Below are positions 55,303-64,000 of a stretch of 64,000 nucleotides of DNA, piece by piece. This stretch comes from Eledone cirrhosa (Eukaryota), in contig OZ024744.1 of assembly GCA_964016885.1 (NCBI GenBank), forward strand, positions 36,952,001 through 37,016,000, read 5' to 3'. How positions within the stretch are numbered: position 1 is the first letter of the stretch; each line of letters opens with the position of its first letter. Below the pieces are notes generated by a model. It had not been told where the DNA came from. It did not search any database and worked only from the letters and a program-made list of their open reading frames with translations. The translations under genes were made by a program, and so were the position numbers.

Positions 55303-58300
55303 TAGAGTTGAGGTGGAGGGTCTGTGGTTTTTCTCACATCTGGTTGGTCTCTGAATGTTACTTGTTTTATATGGAAAAAGTGGCTCGAAATGCCAGGTTT
55401 TTCGAGAAGTAATTTGATTGGTTGGTCAATAATTATAATAAATTTCGCCCCAGTTCTCGTTACAAAGTTCTTCAAACAGGGGGGGGGGGGGTTGTCACAG
55501 GTTGTTTTTTCATATATGAGTGTTTGAATTTCTTTTTATTAAAAGGGGTCACAAAGGCTTTTTTTTAATAAACGTAATTTGATTGGTTATAAATGAAATT
55601 ATGGCTGTCACGTGAACAAGTTTTCATTAAATTTTCGCGCCCTTATTTGGAAATCTATTCTATAGCCTATTTAGAGAATTTTATGACAAGCAAAAGATAA
55701 TGGTCAAGAGAAATGGGATGGGAGAATTGTTCTGGTTCAGTGAATATGGTTTAGTTCGCTAGGGTGTCAGAATTCAGATTTTCTATTGAATAAAGAAAGT
55801 AAAGATATGTATGTTCATTTGTGTGCTTGTGTGTGTGTGCGTGTGTGTGTGTGTGTGTGTTGTGTGTGTGTTTGAATTTCTTTTTACCTAACAAAAGGGT
55901 CTCATGAAGGCTTTTTTTAAATAAACGTAATTTGATTGGTTATAAATGAAATTATGGCTGTCACGTGAACAAGTTTTCATTAAATTTTCGCGCCCTTATT
56001 TGGAAATCTATTCTGTAGCCTATTTAGAGAATTTTATGACAAGCAAAAGATAATGGTCAAGAGAAATGGGATGGGAGAATTGTTCTGGTTCAGTGAATAT
56101 GGTTAGTTCGCTGGGGTGTCAGAATTCAGATTTTCTATTGAATAAAGAAAGATATGTATGTTTATTTGTGTGCTTGTGTGTGTGTGTGTGTGTGTGTGTT
56201 GGAAGATGATTCTATTAGTAGAAATGGGGGAGGGAGTTGTGTGTGTGTGTATATGGGTGTTATGTGTGTGTGTGTGCGAGTATGTTAAGATGGAGAGAAT
56301 ATATATTTTGTGTGTGTGTAGGAAAGTGATTCTACTAGTAGAAGTGGGGGAGGGGAGTTGTGTGTGTGTGGGAGTTGTTATGTGTGTGTATGGGTGTTAT
56401 GTGTGTGGGAGTATGGTTAGCATGTTAAGATGAAGAGAATATATATATATCTATTGTGTGTGTGTGTGTGTGTGTAGGAAAATAATTCCTTTAGTAGGAA
56501 TATTTTTGAATGAACATATTTTCCTTACTTATTCGTATTTGTTCTGTTGTATTGTCAGCGCAAACGTATGTTAAGATTTATTTAGTTCGGGTTTTTATTT
56601 TCTAAAGTAGAAGGTGTTATGTGTGTGTGTATGTGTCTGTTTGGATGGTTAGCATGTTATGGTGTTGATATAATGTATATTAAACCATATTTAATGCTAG
56701 TCTATATTTTTGAATAAACATATTTTCCTTATTTATTCGTATTTGTTCTGTTGTATTGTTAGCGCAAAGGTAAAATGGGAAGACTTGGAATTTGGGTGTC
56801 TTATTACTTGCGCATATGTCTAGATGTGCACTTAGTGGTATCTGTCTCGTGGTTGGCGATGAACTGTCATTCTGTTTCTGAGTGTGAGTTTAGTTTGTCC
56901 TATATAATCTTCATTGCATCCTTTAGATTTAATGGCATAAAGTAGATTTTTTGATGAGCAAGTGAAGTGATTTTTTACAGTAAAATGTTGTCCTGATTTA
57001 AATGTATACGTGTTGCCTTCAATGAGGTGAGTGCAGGTTCCACAATTAGAGCGACCACATTTTTTGACACTTGGTTGTGGGTTTGTGGTAGGTAATTTGG
57101 CATTGGTGAGTAATGTTTTCAGTGATTTCGGTTGTCTTTTGCTTTTGATTATTTTGTGTTTCAAGGGCTTTTTTCATTCTTGGGTTTTGTTTTAGTAGTG
57201 GGATGTTCTTATGAATAGTGTTGTAAGCTTCCGCATTTCTTGGGTTGTGTGTTGAGATATATGATAGAATATTGGACGTACCTTGAATTTGTTTCTGTTT
57301 TCGTGATTCATCAATGCCTATTGCTTTAGCCCTTTCTATTCCATTATTTATTAGTAATAGTGGGTACTCTCTCTCAAGTAGAATTTCCTTTAATTCTTGA
57401 AGTCTTTTATTTCGCGTTTCATAATTCGAGACAATTGTGCAAATTCTTCTTGCTAGGTTAAAAGGAATGTTCGTCTTCGTGTGCTTTGGTTGGTTGGAGG
57501 TGAATAGCAGGTATTGTTTGGAATCTGTTGGTTTGTAGTGTATGTCAGTTTCAATATTCGTGTCTTTTTAAAGATTAAGATGTCCAGAAATGGGAGTTGA
57601 TCTTTGCTGTATTCCATTGTGAATTGGATGTGGTTATTGATGCCGTTTATTAAGTTTTTGAAATCCTTCATTTGGTCGAGTGTGTGGGACGAAAGAATGA
57701 GACAATGATCCAAGTAGCGTTTCCAATTCTCTGATAAATATTTGTGGAAGTTCAATCCGTATTTTGATTTGGACTGTTCATATATCTGGACTTCTAAGTA
57801 TGCCATGACTAAGTTGGCATAAGTTGGAGAGTCTTTTGTACCCATCGCAGTCCCCGATATTTGCTTGTAAGTACTGCCATCGAAATCAAAAAAGTTGTTC
57901 TGTAAGATGAATTTTAATCCCTCGGTGATGAAGCTTTTTTCTATTCTGTCAGGTATCTCATTGGGATATTTCTCTAGCTAGAATCCTATTGCTTCTAGCC
58001 CGTATTGGTGTGGGATCCTTGCGTAGAGATTCACTACATCGAAAGACACAATAATAGCGTCGTTGTTGACATGTTTGGGGAGGTGGTTTAAGAGGTCCAG
58101 ATCGTCTCTTATAGGGCTTGGTATGTGTTTGAGAATTGGTTTTATTAGTATATCTATAAAGTTGCTCAGTTTATGTCTTTCACATTGTAGGCCCGCTACA
58201 ATTGGTCTTAATTTAAGGTCTGTGAGGTATTGTGTGTTCACGCAGGTTGAGGTGGATTGTTTACAGGCATCGTTAATTATTTTACACTTGTGGATCTTCG

Positions 58301-58960
58301 GAGGTCCTTAAAGGTTGCTGATTTTGTATTCAAAATGTGTTAAATAATCGCGTTTCTTTTTAGTTAAGTTTTCCTGGTATCGATAAATCAGTGTGTTTAA
58401 TCTGGTCATTGTTTTTGATTGTTGGTAGTGTTTTACTCTTTCATAGCAATTAGTATTTTGTAAGAGAGAGAACATAGTTTTTTTATATTTTTCAGCCTCC
58501 ATAATGACAACAGTACTTCCCTTGTCCGCTTCCTTAATTATAATGTCCGTATTGTTTTTTAGTTCATGGATAATCTCCCATTCCCTTCGACTCGTGTTGG
58601 GTTTGGGTTTAGGTTGCGGTAGTTCATGGTATGGGAAGGTAGCTATGTGGTCACAAAATTTGTCCAGAGCTCTGTTTCTACCTTTTGTTGGGTTGTAGCT
58701 GCTTTTATTCGGTACAATTGATTCGTCGTTATTCTCCTTGTCAAAGAATTCCTCTGTGAGACATAATTTTCTACAAAAGTGTGAGATATCGTCATTTATC
58801 TCGTTGAGGTTAGAGTATGGTGGTGTTGGTGTGAATTTCAGTCGTTTGGAGAGAATTTTTACTTGTTGGGCTGAGAGGTTTGTATTTGAAAGGTTGATTA
58901 TTTTCGGTTTTTGAAAATCGGATTGTGCCACCGGGTGTCGTGGGTCCTGTAGCCTTGGTC

Positions 58961-58967
58961 TAAAAAA
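58961..58967 (-). promoter_or_regulatory. Putative -1 frameshift heptamer T TTT TTA (second copy)
   Basis: AAT CAT TTT TTA GAC, as in the first PLE. The -1 frame is the RT frame, with TGA at 58991-58989 upstream and no ATG before the conserved N-terminal motif. Confidence 0.7.
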
Positions 58968-59091
58968 TGATTTTTCTAGAATGTTTTTTCAATGGTATTA
59001 TTATATCTAATGGTATTTCCCCTGTTGTTTTGTGGTCTTGTATAGAAGTTTCGGACGTATTGAGGTTGCATTTTCGATTTCATCTTTTTTG

Positions 59092-59176
<85 letters not shown>

Positions 59177-59446
59177 TAACAGATTAAAGTTTAAGCAAAG
59201 AATCGCTGCTTTCACTCTTAACGGGATCTTCTGGAACTCATATTTTAATAAATATTTGCTCTATGGTTTTATATACTTTTATATATATATTATCCTTGTC
59301 GAGCCCTCTTCGGACTTTATTCTTCACGTTTATTACTATTGCTATATATATATCCAGAAATAGCCCTCGAAACGGCTTGGGCTCTGCCGTCGCGGTCTTG
59401 AACAATTTCCTATATATATATATATATATAATATATGTATATATAT

Positions 59447-59485
<39 letters not shown>

Positions 59486-59534
59486 TATGATGGCTGCCCC
59501 CTCGTTATCGAGTATGGCCATTGCACGAGGAGAA

Positions 59535-59565
<31 letters not shown>

Positions 59566-59803
59566 GAAAAAAAAAAGAAATATATATATATATACATATA
59601 CATACATATATACACACACACACACATACTCACACACACATATACACACTCACACATACATTAATAACAATAATAATAATAATAATAACAACATTAATAA
59701 TAACGAAAACAACAATAATAATATACATATACATATATATATATATACACACACACGCACACACATAAGCATAATCTACACACACACACACACACGATAG
59801 CAA

Positions 59804-62800
59804 CTAACAGCGCTGCGATCGAATGTGGCTTTTTAGCCCAGCCAATGATCTAAAATGTCTTGCACAGAGTCGGCAACCAAAACATTCACTGGGAATAGTC
59901 GGCTGTGGTTGGAGTTCTTGTACTTTTGCATGTCGCTTGAGCCCTCCTGCTGATTTACATTCTCTACCACATGTTTGGCAAGCATGATGAGTAGCATCTC
60001 CAACAGCAGCCTGGTAGTCAACCACTGGTCTTACTTTATGACTGCGAAGATGACTTTCGAGTCCAGCTTTGCATAGGCAGAGTCTCGCACATACGCTGCA
60101 TGTCAGCACCATAGGAGGACCCTCGCCGTCTGGAAGTGCAACAGCAATGCCCTTCCTCACATCCCGCTTTACTTTCTCGTATGCGATTCGAGATGCCTCA
60201 AAGGCAACTTTTCCCTCATATACAGTCTTTCTCCATTTATTACGATCAGCAGCAATATTCTCCCATGTATCAGCAGAGATGTTAGCGTCTTTCAGAGAGG
60301 CTTTCAAGGAATCCTTATACTTCTTTTTTAGTTTATGTGGCGGTCGTTTTCCTTTAACCAACTCTCCATAAAAGAGTTGTTTTGGTATTCTAGAATCCTT
60401 TACCCTGGCAAGGTGACCACTCCAACGGACCCGTTGCTTAAGCACAAGAGCTTCTATACTGTCACACATAGAGCTTTCCCAAATCTCGACATCACTGATG
60501 TGGTCCCTCCAGTGAATGCCATGGATCCGTCTGAGACACATCTGATGGAAACGCTCCAATTTCTTAAGGTGGTGTCGATATGTGACCCAGGTCTCGCAGG
60601 CATAAAGAAGACAAGAGAGCACACATGCCCTGTACACCTTTACCTTTGTCCTCCTGCATATGTCTCGCCCACCACAGAGTCGCCTTTCTAGCTTTCCGAA
60701 AGCATCACTTCCTTTCCTAATCCTAAGTGAGATTTCACTGTCAAGGCTGCTGTATCGATTGACAGTGCTTCCCAGTTAGACAAACTGATCAACCACTCCA
60801 AGTCGTTTGCCATACACATAGATGTTTGGTTCAGTGTACTGCTTACCAGGGGCAGGTTGGTACATGACGACGGTTTTCTTGAGACTGACAGTCAGACCTA
60901 GGGCAGTGCAAGCGTCAGAAAATGCATTCAAAATGTGCTGCATATCACTCTCTGTGTGCGCTACAAGATCGCAATCATCTGCATACAAGAGGTCTCTTAT
61001 GATTGATGTAAATACTTTTGACTTCGCAGCAAAGCGCCTGATGTTAAATATGCTGCCTGAGGTTCGATATCGGATGTAAACACCATGCTCGCAATTCCTG
61101 AATGCAATACAGAAAACCATTGCAAAGTATATGGCAAACAGGGTCGGTGCTGGAATATCCCCCTGTTTCACTCCATTTTTTACTGAGATAGGCTCCGATA
61201 TGTTACCCCCGACATTAACCCAAGCTTTCATGTCGTCATGGAAAGACCTAACTAAAGCAAGGAACTTATCAGGGCAACCAAGTTTCTGGAGAACCTTCCA
61301 TAATGCATCTCTGTTAACAGTATCGAAAGCTTTTGTCAGATCGACAAAAAGCTGATACAGATCCAAGCCTTGTTCCATGCACTTCTCCTGGAGCTTTCTA
61401 GCTGAGAAGATCATAACAGTAGTGCCGCGTCCTGCACGAAAACCAGATTGACTTTCAGGAAGAACACAATCTGCAATGTGTGTCAGCAGATGGTCCAGAA
61501 GCACCCTACATAAAACTTTCCCTACGACAGAAAGCAATGATGTACCTCTGTAGTTCCCACAATCGTTCCTGTTACCTTTTCCCTTGTACAAGACCACCAT
61601 TACTGCATCTCTCCAGTCCTCAGGTACGGATTCATTAGCCCATATCGTGCCAAACAAAGAGTGAAGATGTTGCAGGAGTCTCTCACCACCATATTGTAGG
61701 AGCTCAGCATGTATGCCATCCATACCTGGAGATCCTCCACTGTTCAGCTTCGAAATAGCCACTGCAACCTCCTCAAGCGTCGGAGGTTCTGCGAGAGCTA
61801 CTTTCACAAGACTTTCTGGAATGAGATTGAGGAAATCTTCACTGACGACAGACGGCTGATTCAAAAGATCATCAAAGTGCTCTCGCCACCTTCGTAGAAT
61901 TCCTTGTGAGTCACGAAGAAGTTCTTTGCCATCCTTGCTGCGAAGCGGTGTCACCAGAGAAGAAGACGGTCCATAAACCTCACGCAAGAGACTGTACAGC
62001 AGCTTTGTGTTATTGGAATCAGACGCAGTTTGTATCTCACCAGCCTTCTCACTCCACCACTGATCCTTCATCTGAGAAAGACTCCGCCTAACACGTGATT
62101 TTACATCCCTGAGTTCCTCATGCAACGTATTCCTCTCCTGTGGTTTTGCCGTCAAGTAGCGTGACAGAGCACGCCTCTTATCAGCCAACAAGTCTTCTAT
62201 ATGTACATCATTCTCATTAAACCAGTCTTGATGTTTTCTCTGCGCCAATCCCAGAACACGCCTGCCTACATCATAAACCGACTTTTTAAGGGTTGGCCAA
62301 TCCTCACCAAGATCTGCAGTCTGCATCTCTTCTTCCAATGTCCTCTTCACATTTTTATCCTTAAGACGAGCAGAATTCAATCTTTTGGACAGAGCAACAC
62401 CAGGAGCCCGGATTTTACGTTTAGTGATTAGTTTCACTTTTGCGCGTACCAGGCGGTGGTCCGTCCAGCACTCAGCTCCACGAAGAACACTAACACACCG
62501 CACATCCTGTCTGTCACGCATCCTGACTAGGACGTAGTCCAAAAGATGCCATTCCTTAGATGCAGGATGCATCCATGTGGTCTTGAATTTGTTCTTTTGT
62601 TGGAACATGGTGTTGGTAACACACAGATCCAGCTCCTCACACATCTGCAGCAGGAGCATACCATTGCTGTTACACTTTCCCACCCCATGCCTTCCGATTA
62701 CATTCCATGTGTTAAAATCCCTACCCACTCTAGCATTAAAGTCACCAAGCACGATGACTTTGTCTGCCTGAGGGATATTTCTTAAAATACCTTTCAAGGC

Positions 62801-63349
62801 ATGGTAAAAGGACACCTTTTCCTCATCGACAGAACTCATAGTTGGAGCATACACACTCACCATGGTAGCATATCTTCCTTTGTCCAGCGTAACTCTCATG
62901 GACATAAGACGCTCACTAATCCCTACTGGGAATTCTTCTAATTTGTTCACAAGTACAGTCTTAACAGCAAATCCTACCCCAGCCTCTCTTCTGGTTCCTT
63001 CATCTCTTCCTTTCCAGAAGAATGTATATTCTCCACAAAATTCCGTAAGATGACCATCTCCAGCTAACCTCGTCTCAGATAAAGCCACGATGTCAAGATC
63101 GTAACGTCGAAGCTCCTTTGCAACAAAAGCGGTCCTTCGTTCAGGACGCTCCAATGAATCCCTGTCAAGCAGCGTCCGTACGTTCCAGCAGCCAAGACTA
63201 AATGCCTTGTTTGGCTCTATTACAATGGCACGATGACGAGCGGGCCCAGGCTGTGATAACCTGGTGCCCCTGCCCTTATTGCCAATGATCTTTTTTGTTC
63301 CAGAACCTAAATTGCCAAATATCTCTTTTATATTGTTCTGGAACATCAT
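59804..63349 (-). mobile_element. Near-intact RTE-clade LINE ORF (~1181 codons): APE endonuclease, RT and three C2H2-like fingers; one nonsense codon at 60778-60776
   Basis: WNVRTL, LSETR, GDFNA, LDY, TDH, NYRG.SLL, DLTKAFD, GVKQG and YADD. FV*LGS (Y to TAA) stays in frame with ORF 59804-60637. The 3' tail lies at 59488-59528. Confidence 0.93.
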
Positions 63350-63385
63350 TGAATTTAAACAAAAAAAAAAAAAAAAGTAATAATA

Positions 63386-63421
<36 letters not shown>

Positions 63422-63424
<3 letters not shown>

Positions 63425-64000
63425 GGAACCGTGAAGATCAAGAAAGGTATCTTCCAGGGAGATAGCCTGTCCCCTCTGTTGTTTGTCCTTGCCCTGATGC
63501 CCTTGACCATTATGCTGCGAAAAGTGAGAGCAGGATACAAGTTGGGAAGGGGAGAGCTTACCATCAATCACCTCCTCTTCATGGACGATCTTAAGCTCTT
63601 CGGGAAAAGTGAGAAGGAGTTGGATGTGCTTGTTGACACTGTCCGTATTTTCAGCAGTGATATATGTATGCAGTTTGGTATTAGTAAATGTGGAGTCATT
63701 GTGATGAGGAGGGGTAGGTTGAGCAGAAGTAACGGGATCCAGATACCAACAGGTGAGATGATAAAGGAAATTGACTCTGAGGAAGGATACAAGTATTTGA
63801 GCGTTCTGGAGGCTGATGGCATAAAGAACAAAAAAATGAAGGAGTTGTTAAGAACTGAATACATTCGGAGAGTAAGGAGCGTTTTAAAGTCACATCTGAA
63901 CAGCAGAAATGCCACAAGCGCAGTAAATTCCCGAGCTGTGTCTATTATTAGGTACAGTGCGGGAATTCTGAGATGGAATGTTGCTGAACAAAAAGAAATG
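63422..64000 (+). mobile_element. 5'-truncated R4/Dong-clade non-LTR element RT fragment following (TAA)n; runs off the window
   Basis: Hand translation gives KGIFQGDSLSPLLF..NHLLFMDDLKLF..FGISKC..YKYL. (TAA)n lies at 63378-63423. Confidence 0.85.

Larger units (their letters stand above)
55130..59096 (-). mobile_element. Neptune-like PLE, 5'-truncated inside ORF1; RT-GIY-YIG ~56680-58961; ~345 bp tandem duplication in 3' UTR
   Basis: LSKRLKFTPTP, EADKG, FDVVNLY, GTAMG, RYLDH, CGRSNCGTC and YIGQT. 59065-59096 inverts 55191-55224. Confidence 0.9.

Noticed and set aside
60069-63053. Plus-strand ORFs overlapping the RTE LINE (and similar antisense ORFs over PLEs and the Helitron)
   Set aside because: Antisense shadows of coding sequence, without motifs.
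63350-63571. N-terminal 74 aa (poly-Y/F) of the 931-aa ORF
   Set aside because: This is read-through of the antisense Dong fragment, (TAA)n and poly-A. The RTE ORF more plausibly starts at ATG 63349.

Overview
AT-rich eukaryotic, gene-free repeat landscape. It is probably from an octopod cephalopod, inferred only from my recollection of the SINE families and from the (TA)n/(CA)n density. The window is dominated by Penelope-like retroelements (PLEs) of at least four lineages, nearly all abutting (TA)n tracts. It also holds an internally deleted Helitron, a DD37D Tc1/mariner (maT-type) relic, a near-intact RTE LINE, R4/Dong, Rex3-like and Vingi-like LINE fragments, and several SINEs. Four signals go beyond the ORF track. 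(1) Two divergent GIY-YIG PLEs conserve an in-phase U UUU UUA slippery heptamer joining an upstream ORF1 (coiled-coil-like plus N/H/Y/Q-rich repeats in the complete copy) to an ATG-less RT frame in -1. (2) A family of 450-550 nt ORF-less units carries a type I hammerhead ribozyme (HHR) with covarying long stem II and a conserved pseudoknot, arranged as inverted and tandem copies (retrozyme-like). (3) More than 20 HHR-like motifs occur, with family-specific palindromic stem III and non-canonical cores. (4) Most long palindromes are fold-back PLE termini. All structures were read by eye and none was computed.
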